From the human T2T-CHM13v2.0 reference genome, Homo sapiens, in assembly GCF_009914755.1 (NCBI RefSeq), contig NC_060927.1: a DNA stretch of 64,000 bases; one strand, given 5' to 3'. The position numbers and the translations under genes were made by a program. Of the stretch, positions 27,301 to 40,279 are shown piece after piece. The notes under the pieces are model-generated. The model saw nothing but the letters and a program-made list of their open reading frames with translations, ran no database searches and was not told the origin of the DNA. Numbering within the stretch: position 1 is the stretch's first letter; each line of letters opens with the position of its first letter.

Positions 27301-30300
27301 TATATATATGGAATATATATCTTCGGAATATATATATGGAATATATATCTTCGGAATATATATATGGAATATATATCTTCGGAATATATATATGGAATAT
27401 ATATCTTCGGAATATATATATGGAATATATATCTTCGGAATATATATATGGAATATATATCTTCGGAATATATATATGGAATATATATCTTCGGAATATA
27501 TATATGGAATATATATCTTCGGAATATATATATGGAATATATATCTTCGGAATATATATATGGAATATATATCTTCGGAATATATATATGGAATATATAT
27601 ATGGACTATATATATTTGGAATATATATATGGACTATATATATGGAATATATATATTTGGAATATATATGTGGAATACATATATGGAATATATATGTGGA
27701 ATATATATATGGAATATATATTTGGAATATATATATGGAATATATATATTTGGAATATATATATGGAATATATATATGGAATATATATATGGAATATATA
27801 TATTTGGAATATATATATATGGAATATATATATTTGGAATATATATATATGGAATATATATATTTGGAATATATATATATGGAATATATATATGGAATAT
27901 ATATATTTGGAATATATATATTTGGAATATATATATTTGGAATATATATATATGGAATATATATATTTGGAATATATATATTTGGAATATATATATATGG
28001 AATATATATATTTGGAATATATATATATGGAATATATATATTTGGAAAATATATATATGGAATATATATATTTGGAAAATATATATATGGAATGTATATA
28101 TTTGGAATATATATATGGAATGTATATATTTGGAATATATATATTCCATATATATATGGAATATATATATATTCCATATATATGAATATATATGGAATAT
28201 ATATATGAATATATATATATGAATATATATATGGAATATATATATGAATATATATGGAATATATATATATTCATATATATAGGAATATATATATGAATAT
28301 ATATACGGAATATATATATGAATATATACATGGAATATATATATGAATATGTACATATGGAATATATATATGAATATGTACATATGGAATATATATATGA
28401 ATATGTACATATGGAATATATATATGAATATGTACATATGGAATATATATATGAATATGTACATATGGAATATATATATGAATATGTACATATGGAATAT
28501 ATATATGAATATGTACATATGGAATATATATATGAATATGTACATATGGAATATATATATGAATATGTACATATGGAATATATATATGAATATGTACATA
28601 TGGAATATATATATGAATATGTACATATGGAATATATATATGAATATGTACATATGGAATATATATATGAATATGTACATATGGAATATATATATGAATA
28701 TGTACATATGGAATATATATATGAATATGTACATATGGAATATATATATGAATATGTACATATGGAATATATATATGAATATGTACATATGGAATATATA
28801 TATGAATATGTACATATGGAATATATATATGAATATGTACATATGGAATATATATATGAATATGTACATATGGAATATATATATGAATATATATATGGAA
28901 TATATATATGAATATATATATGGAATATATATATGAATATATATATGGAATATATATATATGAATATATATATATGGAATATATATATATGAATATATAT
29001 ATATGGAATATATATATATGAATATATATATATGGAATATGTATATATGAATATATATATATGGAATATGTATATATGAATATATATATATGGAATATAT
29101 ATATGAATATATATATGGAATATATATATGAATATATATGGAATATATATATGAATATATATATGGAATATATATATGAATATATATATATGGAATATAT
29201 ATATGAATATATATATATGGAATATATATATGAATATATATACGGAATATATATATGAATATATATACGGAATATATATATGAATATATATATGGGATAT
29301 ATATATGAATATATATACATGGGATATATATATATGAATATATATATGGGATATGTATATATGAATATATATGGGATATGTATATGAATATATATATGGG
29401 ATATGTATATGAATATATATATGGGATATGTATATGAATATATATATATGGGATATGTATATGGAATATATATATGGAATATGTATATGGAATATATATA
29501 TGGAATATATATATGGAATATATATATGGAATATATATACACGGAATATATATATGGAATATATATACACGGAATATATATATATGGAATATATATACAC
29601 GGAATATATATATATGGAATATATATACACGGAATATATATATATGGAATATATATACACGGAATATATATATATGGAATATATATACACGGAATATATA
29701 TATATGGAATATATATACACGGAATATATATATATGGAATATATATACACGGAATATATATATATGGAATATATATACACGGAATATATATATATGGAAT
29801 ATATATACACGGAATATATATATATGGAATATATATACACGGAATATATATATATGGAATATATATACACGGAATATATATATATGGAATATATATACAC
29901 GGAATATATATATATGGAATATATATACACGGAATATATATATATGGAATATATATACACGGAATATATATATATGGAATATATATACACGGAATATATA
30001 TATATGGAATATATATACACGGAATATATATATATGGAATATATATACACGGAATATATATATATGGAATATATATACACGGAATATATATACGGAATAT
30101 ATATACACGGAATATATATACGGAATATATATACACGGAATATATATACGGAATATATATACACGGAATATATATACGGAATATATATATACGGAATATA
30201 TATACGGAATATATATATACGGAATATATATACGGAATATATATACACGGAATATATATACGGAATATATATACGGAATATATATACGGAATATATATGG

Positions 30301-31199
30301 AATATATATACGGAATATATATACGGAATATATATACGGAATATATATACGGAATATATATGGAATATATATATACGGAACATATATATGGAACATATAT
30401 ATATGGAACATGTATATGGAACATATATATATGGAACATGTATATGGAACATGTATATGGAACATGTATATGGAACATGTATATGGAACATGTATATGGA
30501 ACATGTATATGGAACATGTATATGGAACATGTATATGGAACATGTATATGGAACATGTATATGGAACATGTATATGGAACATGTATATGGAACATGTATA
30601 TGGAACATGTATATGGAACATGTATATGGAACATGTATATGGAACATATATATGGAACATATATATGGAACATATATATGGAACATATATATGGAATATA
30701 TATATGGAACATATATATGGAATATATATATGGAATATATATATGGAATATATATGGAATATATATATGGAATATATATATGGAATATATATGGAATATA
30801 TATATGGAATATATATGGAATATATATGGAATATATATATGGAATATATATATGGAATATGTATGGAATATATATATGGAATATATATATATTTGGAATA
30901 TATATATGGAATATATATATGGAATATATATATATTTGGAATATATATATGGAATATATATATGGAATATATATATATTTGGAATATATATATGGAATAT
31001 ATATATATTTGGAATATATATGTGGAATATATATATATTTGGAATATATATGTGGAATATATATATATTTGGAATATATATATGGAATATATATGGAATA
31101 TATATATATGGAATATATATATAGAACATATATATATTTGGAATATATATATGGAATATATATATATATGGAATATATATATATATATATATATATATG

Positions 31200-31241
<42 letters not shown>

Positions 31242-31387
31242 CATGGAATACTACTCCACCATAAAAAGGAATGAAATAATGGCATTTGCAGCCACCGGGA
31301 TGGAACTGGAGAACATTATTCTAAGTGAGGTAACTCAGGAATGAAAAAGCAAACATTGTTGTGTTCTCACTCATAACTCGGAGCTAG
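22869..31387 (+). pseudogene. L1 ORF2 (EN/RT/CCHC) remnant
   Basis: GDFNTPL and FSKIDH (EN); SLFPDD in place of FADD (RT, ~24997); [18 protein letters not shown]; [11 protein letters not shown] after the VNTR; many stops. Confidence 0.92.
26572..31240. repeat. Compound TA-rich VNTR, ~4.7 kb, base unit GGAATATATATAT with 13/27/28/30-bp higher-order blocks
   Basis: Seen directly; lies between L1 GAAAATGTGGTAT and ACACCATGGAATACTAC. Confidence 0.99.
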
Positions 31388-33059
31388 GCTATGAGGACGC
31401 AAAGACACAAGAATGATACAATGGACTTTGGGGACTTGGGGGAAAGGGTGGGAGGTGGGTGAGGGATAAAAGATTGGGTATAGTGTACACTGTTTGGGTA
31501 ACGGGAGCACCAAAATCTCAGAAATCACCACTAAGAAACTTATTCACGTAACCAAACACCATCTGTTCTCCAAAAACCTATTTAAATAAAAAGTAAATTA
31601 TATTACTTTAAACAAATATTAAATAACCTTACAATGGACTCTAAGTGTTCAAGTGAAAGGAAGAATCACACATCTCTCACTTTAATGAAAAGCTAGAAAT
31701 AAATGAATAAGCTTAGTGAGAAAGACATGTTGAAAGTTAAGATCGGCCAAAAGCTAAGTCTCTTGTGATGAACAGTTAGCTGAGATATGAATTAAAAGAA
31801 AAAAAGAGTTCTTGGAGAAAATTAAAAGCACCACTCCAGTGAACACAGGAATGATAGGAAAGCAAAACAGCCCTATTGCTGATATAAAGAAAGTTTTGTT
31901 GGCCTGGATAGAAGATCAAACAAGCCACAACATTCCCTTAAGCCAAACTCTAATCCAGAACAAGGCCTTAACTCTATTCAATTCTATGAAAGCTGAGAGA
32001 GGTGAGAAAACTGCAGGAGAAAAGTTGGAGGCTAGCAAAGGTTGGATCATGAGGTTTAAGCAGATGTTGTCTCCATACCATCAAAGTACAAGATGAAAGC
32101 AGGTGATAATATAGAAGCTGCAGCAAGTTATCCAGAAGATCTAGCTAAGATCTTTCCTGATTTGGAACAACTGATAAAGATTCAAAAGAAAAAGGAATTA
32201 AAAATGAAATTCTAAAAAACGATTTTAAATGTAAGCAATACTTGTTATTTTTCCCAGTTTAACATTTCTCCAGGAATGAAATTTAATGTTTTGAGCTGCC
32301 TTATAATGAAATGCATAAATAATTAGCATTTTGCCTCCAGAGGGTGATATTATCCAGCTAACTGGTGAAAGCACAATATTACATGTCATTTTAAATCAAT
32401 CCCAAGTAGCTTTTTAAATGTAAGTCCCTAATTTTACAGCATCTTTATGTAAATTTTGGAAATAGATTTCTCTCCATCCTAGAAGAGCATCAAGTGTAAT
32501 AAAGATTTTTAATGATATACCATCTGTTGTTAGAGCATATTATACAGACAAATGGATGTAAGTCTGGAAGTTACAAGTTGAGGGGCACTAAACGCATTTA
32601 TTTGAGTACTATATTTTGAGTAGAAAGTGTCACATATGAAAATCACCCTCCTCATAAGTTTTCAGTCTTTGTTAAGTGCTACTACTAATGATGACATTGA
32701 TGATGGTGTTGGGAGGAGAGTAAATGGTGATGCCAGTCTTGGGAAACATGTGTAAGACCCTCTCAGGAAATTGTTTTTAGAGAAACATAAGTTTGAAGCC
32801 ATATCCAACCTTCTGCCCTCAAATGACATCACTAATTTTGTTGCATATCTTACACAGGAAATTCTCTCTAAGATAATTTTTGATGCTTCAAAAAATCAAA
32901 TTTACTCCTTAAGACTGAATATTTGACACTTCTAAGGATATGTATAAAAATGTATTGTAGGTGCCAATGGAAGTTGAAAACTATGGCAATGACAGCATTA
33001 TTGGAACTTAGCCTCCTGGGATGACCATTTTGTATGGGAAGACATTCAGATGGATGCTT

Positions 33060-33580
33060 TGATAAAAACTGCTACTTGTCCTCTATATCCATTTTCTTTT
33101 CATACATGGTAGTAGAATCCCTGATTTTTAGCTGGATACATGACTGCATGGAAGAAAGGCTACATTTCCTTGCCTCCTTCCAAACAAGATGAAATCATGT
33201 CACTTGGTTTTGGTCAATGGGATATAAGCAAAAGTGTCATGTGGCAACCTTGAATTTTCATTACTAGACAAACATCCATGCATTTTTTGCCCTTTCTTCT
33301 TTGTCCACATCTTTTTCCTACAGGCTGAAATGTGACAAAATAGTTGGACTGAAACAGTTACTTTGGCCCATGAGATGATCTTGAGATTGGAGGTCACATA
33401 AATAGTAGAGCAGCAAGAGATAGAATTCATATGCTTGAAACATTCATGGGATCCAGCCCTATGCAAGTCCTAGCCTGCATAACTTCAGGCTTTTATGTAA
33501 GAGAGAACTAAGCATACCTCTTCTGCAAGTAACAGTCATTAGGTGCCTCAGCAACTCAAAAGGAACCTCACCCTATATAG
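33060..33580 (+). mobile_element. LTR33-like ERVL LTR, approximate bounds
   Basis: ATATCCATT...AGAATCCCTGATTTT...CTACATTTCCTTGCCTCC...GGTCAATGGGATATAAGCAAAAGT. Confidence 0.6.
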
Positions 33581-33919
33581 TAAGTGTGAATAAGTTCCAG
33601 TGTGTTTGTTTAAAATATATACTTTTAGAATAACAGTAAAAACTCAACGTATAGTTTTAGAATAACAGTAAAAACAGAAGTGTTTTGTAATTTAATAAAC
33701 TCAGTTATGCTTTATACTCATGTTTGCGTATTATCATTTAAATACTAATTTTCAAAAAACTTTGGGAGTTGGGAAAAATATTGGAGTACACTGAGGTAGC
33801 CAGGAATGGGAGTGGTGGTAAGGAGAAGCTGCATTCCAGATTTCCTCATACAGAGTTTAGGAGAGGATATGAGGCCTCTTGTGTTTTAACTGAAATCTAG
33901 AGTTGCTCAGTTCCCATTT

Positions 33920-34200
33920 GTTAATTCTATCACAAATATTTATTTGGTGACCATTGTGCTATAGGCACTATTAGAGGGGATTACTATAGTGTAATGATTA
34001 AAACAGACAAGTTCTAAGTCCCATGGAAATTTTATTTTAGTGGGAGGACACAGATTGTAACGAGTAACCAAATAAATATATAATACGTGAGAGGTGATAA
34101 GCGTTATGTAGAAATTAAGCAGTATTAAGAGGTATAGTGGAAATGACTGTAGGTTAAGAGGGAAAGGGTGAAAAATCAGAGATGTTCTTTCAGTCAAGAA
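33920..34200 (-). mobile_element. L2 3' fragment
   Basis: CAAATATTTATT...ATAGGCACT...AAAACAGACAAG...TTTTAGTGGGAGG. Confidence 0.6.
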
Positions 34201-34333
34201 CAAGGCAAGTATTAAATAAACTTATACTTAGGTCTACTGTTCTTAATATGTTCCAGCTCCTGCATGGTCCCTGTTGAGCACACACGAGCAAACAATGACC
34301 ACCTTCTTCTTATCCCAAGAGCAATATGAAACT

Positions 34334-34774
34334 TGTGATAGTTAATACTGAGTGTCAACTTGATTGGATTGAAGGATACAAAGTATTCATCCTGGGTGTG
34401 TCTGTGAGGGTGTTGCTAAAGGAGATTAACAGTTGAGTCAGTGGGCTGGGAAAGGCAGACCCACCCTTAATGTGGGTAGGCACAATCTAATCAGCTGCAG
34501 TGTGACTAGAATATAAAACAGGCAGAAAAATATGAAAAAGAGACTGACCTAGCCTCCCAGCCTACATCTTTCTCCCATGCTGAGTGCTTCCTGCCCTTGA
34601 ACATCAGACTCCAAGTTCTTCAGTTTTGGAACTTGGCCTGGCTCTCCTTGCTCTTCAGCCTGCAGACGGCCTACTGTGGGACCTTGTGATTGTGTGAGTT
34701 AATACTTCATAAACTCATATATATATATATATATTCCATTAGTTCTGTCCCTCTGGAGAACCCTGATGAATACA
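34334..34774 (+). mobile_element. MLT2A1 (HERV-L) solo LTR
   Basis: TGTGATAGTTAATACTGAGTGTCAACTTGATTGGATTGAAGGATACAAAGTATT...GGAGAACCCTGATGAATACA. Confidence 0.92.
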
Positions 34775-36075
34775 ACAATCATAAACTTGGAATCTCCTTA
34801 GAGCTTGGATTTTAGGATGAGAAAGAGGAGATCCAATATTTTTTGTCTGTTTCAGGTTACTTTTAAATTCAAACACACATCTTGACCATAACATTGGCCT
34901 TTTGTAAGATCCTAATCTGTGTTCACTATTATTATCCCAGAGATGATACCACTCTATTATCCCAGAGATGATGCTTTTATTTCTCATCACTTTTATCAAC
35001 TTTGATGGATAGATTTTACAAATCTTTTGACACTGGGAAAGTAGTCCTATAACAAAAAGCACAGAATTCAAGGTGCAAAGAAAACTACATGTGTTTACAG
35101 GCATACCTCAGAGATACTGCAGTTTCAGTTCCAGACTACCACAATAAAGTGATTATCACAATAAAGTGGGTCAAATGAATTTTTTAGTTTCTCAGTAACT
35201 ATAAAAGTTATGTTTACACTATACTATAGTCTATTAAGTGTTCAATAGCATTATGTCTTTAAAAATCTATGTATCTTAATTAAAAACACTTTATTGCTAA
35301 AAATGCTAATCATCAGCTAAGCCTTTAGCAAGTTGTAAAGGGTCTTTCTTCAATGCTGATAGCTGCTGATTAATCAGGGTGGTGGTTCTTGAAGATTGAG
35401 GTGACTGGCAATTTCTTAAAATAAGACAACAGTGATATTTGCCACATTGATTCACTCTTTAGTATATGAAAAATTTCTCTGTAGCTTGTGATGCTGTTTG
35501 ATAGCCTTTTACCCACAGTAGAACTTCTTTCAAAATTGGAGTCAATCCTCTTAAACCCTACTGCTACTTTTTCATCTAAGTTTATGGAATATTCTAAATC
35601 ATTTGTTGTAATTTCAACAATGTTCACAGCATCTTCACCAGGAGCAGATTCCATCTCAAGAAACCACTTTCTTTGCTCATCCACGAGAAGCAACTCTTTA
35701 TCCATTCAAATTTAGCCATCTAGTCACATCATTAGACTTCACTTCTAATGTAGTTCTCTTTTTATTTTCACCACATTTGCAGTTACTTCCTCCACTGAAG
35801 TATTGAACCTCTCAAAGTCACCCATGAAGGTTGGAATCAATTTCATTCAAGCTCCTGTTAATGTTGATATTTTGACCTCCTCTCATGAATCATGAATGTT
35901 CTTAATGACATGTAGAATGGTGAATTCTTTCCAGAAGGTTTTCAGTTTACTTTGCCCATATCCATCAGAGGAATTCCTATCTATGGCAGCTATAGCCTTA
36001 AAAAACATATTTCTTAAAATAATAAAACTCAAAAGCCCAAATTACTCCTTGATCCATAAGCTGCAGAATGGATGG

Positions 36076-38348
36076 TGTATTCGTCCATTTTCACACTGCT
36101 GATAAAACATACCCGAGATTGGGAAGAAAAAGAAGTTTAATTGGATTTATAGTTCCACATGGCTGAGGAGGCCTCAGAATCATGGTGGGAGGTGAAAGAC
36201 ACTTCTTACATGGTGGCAGCAAGAGAAAATTAGGAAGAAGCAAAAGCGGAAACGCCTGATAAACCCATCAAGTCTCATGAAACTTATTCAATATCATGAG
36301 AATAGCTCAGGAAATACCGGACCCCATGATTCCATTACCTCCTCCTGGGTCCCTCCTACGACACACGAGAATTCTGGGAGATACAATTCAAGTTGAGATT
36401 TGGGCGGGAACACCACCAAACCATATCATATCATTCTGCCACTGTCCCCTCCAAATCTCATGTCCTCACATTTCAAAACCAATCATGCCTTCCCAACAGT
36501 CCCCAAAAGTCTCATTTCAGCATTAACCCAAAAGTCTACAGTCCAAAGTCTCATCTGAGACAAGGCAAGTCCCTTCCGCCTATGAGCCTGTAAAATCAAA
36601 AGCAAGCTAGTTACTTCCGAGATACAATGAGGGTACAGGTATTGGGTAAATACAGGCTTTCCAAATGGGAGAAACTAGCCAAAACAAAAGGGTTACACAG
36701 CCCATGCAAGTCCAAAATCCAGTGCAGCAGTCAAATTTTAAAATTCCTTTGACTCCATGTCTCACATCCAGGTCATGCTGATGCAAGAGATGAGTTCCTA
36801 TAGTCTTGGGCAGCTCCACACCTGTGGCTTTGCAGAGTACGGCCTCCCTCCCAGCTGCTTTCATGGGCTGGTATTGAGTGCCTGTGGCTTTTCCAGGTGC
36901 ACGGTGCAAGCTGTCAGTGGATCTAGCATTCTGGGGTCTGGAGGATGGTGGCCCTCCTCTCACAGCTCCACTAGGCAGTGCCCCAGTAGGGACTCTGTGT
37001 GGGGGCTATGACCCCACATTTCCCTTCCTCACTGCCCTGGCAGAAGTTCTCCATGAGGGCCCCGCCCCTGCAGCAAACTTTTTTCTGGGCATCAGGCCAT
37101 TTCCATACATCTTCTGAAATATAGGTGGAGGTTCCCAAACCTCAATTCGTGACTTCTGTGCACCTGCAGGCTCAACACCATGTGGAAGCTGCCAAGGCTT
37201 GGGGCTTCCACCCTCTGAAGCCACAGCCTGAGCTGTACATTGGCCCCTTTCAACCATGGCTGCAGCAGCTGGGACACAGGGCACCACGTCCCTAGGCTGC
37301 ACACAGTACGGGACCTTGGGTCCAGCCCATGAAACCACTTTTTCCTCCTGCTTCTCCAGGCCTGTGATGGGAGGGGCTGCTGTGAAGGTCCCTGACATGG
37401 CCTGGAGATATTTTCCCCATGGTCTTTGGAATTAACATTAGGATCCTTGCTATTTATGCAAATTTCTGCAGCCAGCTTGAATTTCTCCCCAGAAAATGGG
37501 GTTTTCTTTTCTATCTCATTGTCAGGCTGCAAATTTTCTGAACTTTTATGCTCTGCTTCCCTTATAAAACTGAATGCCTTTAACAGTACCCAAGTCACCT
37601 GTTTAATGCTTTGCTGCTTAGAAATTTCTTCCATCAGATACCCTAAATCATCTCTCTCAAGTTCAAAGTTCCACAAATCTCTAGGGCAGGGGAAAAATGC
37701 CACCAGTCTCTTTGTCAAAACATAACAAGAGTGACCTTTGCTCCAGGTCCCAACAAGTTCCTCATCTCCATCTGAGACCACCTCAGTCTGAACCTTATTG
37801 TCCACTATCACTATGAGCATTCTGGGCAAAGCCCTTCAGCAAGTCTCTAGAAATCCCCAAACTTTCCTACATTTTTCATTCTTTTTCTGAGCCCTCCAAA
37901 CTGTTCCAATCTCTGCCTGTTACCCAGTTCCAAAGTCACTTCCACATTTTCAGGTATCTTTTCAGCAACACCCCACTCTACTGTTACCAATTTACTATAT
38001 TAGTCTGTTTTCACACTGCTGATAAAGACATATCTAAGACTGGGTAGAAAAAGAGGTTTAATGGGACTTACAGTTCCACATGGCTGGGGAGGCCTCAGAA
38101 TGATGAGGGGAGGTGAAAGACACTTCTTACATGGTGGAAGCAAGAGAAAATGATGAAGAAGCAAAAGAGGAAACCCCTGATAAACCCATCAGATCTCGTG
38201 AGACTTATTGACTATTATGAGAATAGCATGGGAAAGACCAGCCCCCATGATTCAATTATCTCCTCCTGGATCCCTTCCATAACTCTTGGAAATCTGGGAG
38301 GTACAATTCAAGTTGAGATTTGGGTGGGGACACAGCCAAACCATATCA
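36076..38348 (-). mobile_element. Complete THE1C MaLR provirus (3'LTR 36076-36433, internal 36434-37995, 5'LTR 37996-38348)
   Basis: Two direct-repeat LTRs with GAAAAAGAGGTTTAA and GCAAAAGCGGAAAC-type diagnostics; THE1-int body; 5-bp TSD GATGG/GATAG. Confidence 0.93.
37092..37829 (-). pseudogene. THE1-int (MaLR gag-like) ORF remnant, 245 aa open stretch
   Basis: VVSDGDEELVG.WSKG.SCYVL.KRLVAF.PCPRDLWNFELERDDLGYL matches the MaLR internal ORF. Confidence 0.8.
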
Positions 38349-40279
38349 GATAGTTTGTGAGCAGGCATGAAAACAGCATTAGTCTTCTTGTACAGCATTA
38401 GTCTCCATCAGAGCTCATAGTTGACCAAGTGCATTATCAATGAGCAGTAATCTGCTGAAAGAAATCTTTTTTTCTGATCAGTATGTCTCAACAGTGGGTT
38501 TAAAATATTCAGCAAAGCCTGCTGTAAACAGATATGCTGTCATTCAGGCTTCATTATTCCATGGATGGAGCACAGGCAGAGTAAGTTGAGCATAATTTTT
38601 AAAGGTTCTGGGATTTTCAGAATGGTAAATAAGCTCTGTCCCCAACTTAAAGTCACCAGCTGCATTAGCCCCTAACAAGAGAGTCAACCTGCCCTGTGAA
38701 GCTCTGAAGCCAGACATAGACTTCTTTCTAGCTATGAAAATCCTAGATGGCACCTCCTTCAAATAGGAGGCTGTTTGTCTACATTAAAAATTTGTTGTTT
38801 AGTGTAGTGATAATCATCAATGATCTTAGTTAGATCTTCTGAATAACTTGCTGCAGCTTCTACATCAGCACTTGCTTCATCTTGCACTTTGATGTTATGG
38901 AGACAGCTTCTTTCCTTATGAACTAGCTTCCTCTTCTAGCTTCCAACTTTTCGTCTGCAGTTTCCTCACCTCTTTTAGCCTTCATGGAATTGAAGAGAAT
39001 TGAAGCCTTGTTTGGGATTAGGGTTTGGCTTAAGGGAATGTTGTGGCTTGTTTGATATTCTATCCAGACCAATACAAGTTTCTCCATACAAGCAATAAGG
39101 CTGTTTTGCTTTCTTATCATTCCTGTGTTCACTGGAGTAGCACTTTTAATTTTCTTCAAGAATTTTTTTTTTTTTTGCATTCACAAATTAACTAATTGTT
39201 TAGCACAAGAAACCTAGCTTTTGGCCTATCTTAACTTTTAACGTGCCTTTGTCACTAAGCTTAATAATTTATTTCTAGCTTTTGATTTAAAGTGAGAGGT
39301 GTGTGACTCTTCCTTTCACTTGAACACTTAGACTTCCTTTCACTTGAACATTGTAAGGTTATTAAATCACTCAATTTCAATATTGTTTCTCCAGGAACAG
39401 GGAGGCCCAAGGAGAGAGTGAGAGATGAGAGAATGGCTGGTGCAGCTGTCAGAGCACACACAACATTTACATATTAAGTTTGCCATTGTACATAGGTGTG
39501 GCTTGTGATGTCCCAAAACAATTGCAATGGTAACATCAAAGATCGCTGATTACAAATCACTAGAACAGTTATAATAATAATAAAAAATTTTGAAAATATT
39601 GCAAAAATTACCAAAATGTGACATAGAGGCAGGAAGTGAGCACACGCTGTTGGAAAAAATGACTCCAACAGACTTGCTCAACACAAAATTGCCACAAACC
39701 TTTAATTGGTTAAAAATGCAACATCTTTGAAGCACCTTAAAGCAAAAAAAATAAAATGAGGTATGCCTGTAGTGGTCATGCCATCCTACTCACTACCCAG
39801 ATGTGGTTGAGCAAGTCACTAAGCTCATTTCTCCATATGTAAGATGAGACAACATTGACAAGCTTTAGGAGTTAAATGATATCTTTCCAGTGGAGGAATG
39901 TGAAATTACTAAAAGACCCTTGACACTGGCAGTTATTATTATATCTATTGTTCTCTGAAGGACCAGGGAAAAGGACATTTTAGGGTGTTGAAATTCCTTG
40001 AAGCTCATGTGAATGCTGTGTGGGCAGGAAGAGCAGCAGCTTCTGGTAGGCAGAGTTTGAGTAAGCACATATTTGTTTAAACTTGTTTCCTTAATTTACT
40101 ACAGCTATTACTCTCTGCCAGTAAGCACATATTTTTAACATTTTAGGAATAATTGTGAATTAAAGGGAAATTTGTGGAACATACACCTATCTTCGTATTT
40201 CATATTTCTATACATATATATTAAATATTTGTCAACAAAAATGAAACGCAAGTATCTAAAAACAAAATTAGAAGATAAT

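Larger units (their letters stand above)
20712..31620 (+). mobile_element. Full-length L1PB1-like LINE-1 (dead), inflated by a 4.7 kb VNTR
   Basis: L1PB-type 5'UTR (GATAGGAGGCAGGACTA...CAGCTCCCA); ORF1 and ORF2 remnants; 3' end CACCAAAATCTCAGAAATCACCACTAAG; 16-bp TSD AATAACCTTA(TG/CA)ATGG at 20696-20711 and 31622-31637. Confidence 0.93.
35098..39769 (-). mobile_element. Full-length Tigger1, interrupted by THE1C
   Basis: Both TIRs (CAGGCATACCTC and GAGGTATGCCTG) with TA TSDs; transposase remnants [16 protein letters not shown] and [10 protein letters not shown]. Confidence 0.95.

Noticed and set aside
26572-31240. Resemblance to HSat2/3 (GGAAT)n or to a CRISPR array
   Set aside because: GGAAT is explained by the adjacent L1 ATGGAATA; there are no pentamer runs, no unique spacers and no cas genes.
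26488-31344. Giant ORFs (up to 1212 aa) in all six frames
   Set aside because: Artefact of a repeat whose units lack stop codons; low-complexity Y/I text with no promoter or splice evidence.
33622-34975. Short tandem duplications (33622-33675, 34929-34972; also 14408-14441, 39308-39350, 57970-58022)
   Set aside because: Ordinary slippage duplications with no added structure.
40060-40134. 15-bp direct repeat AGTAAGCACATATTT flanking 45 bp
   Set aside because: Could be a TSD, but the enclosed sequence has no poly-A and no recognisable source.
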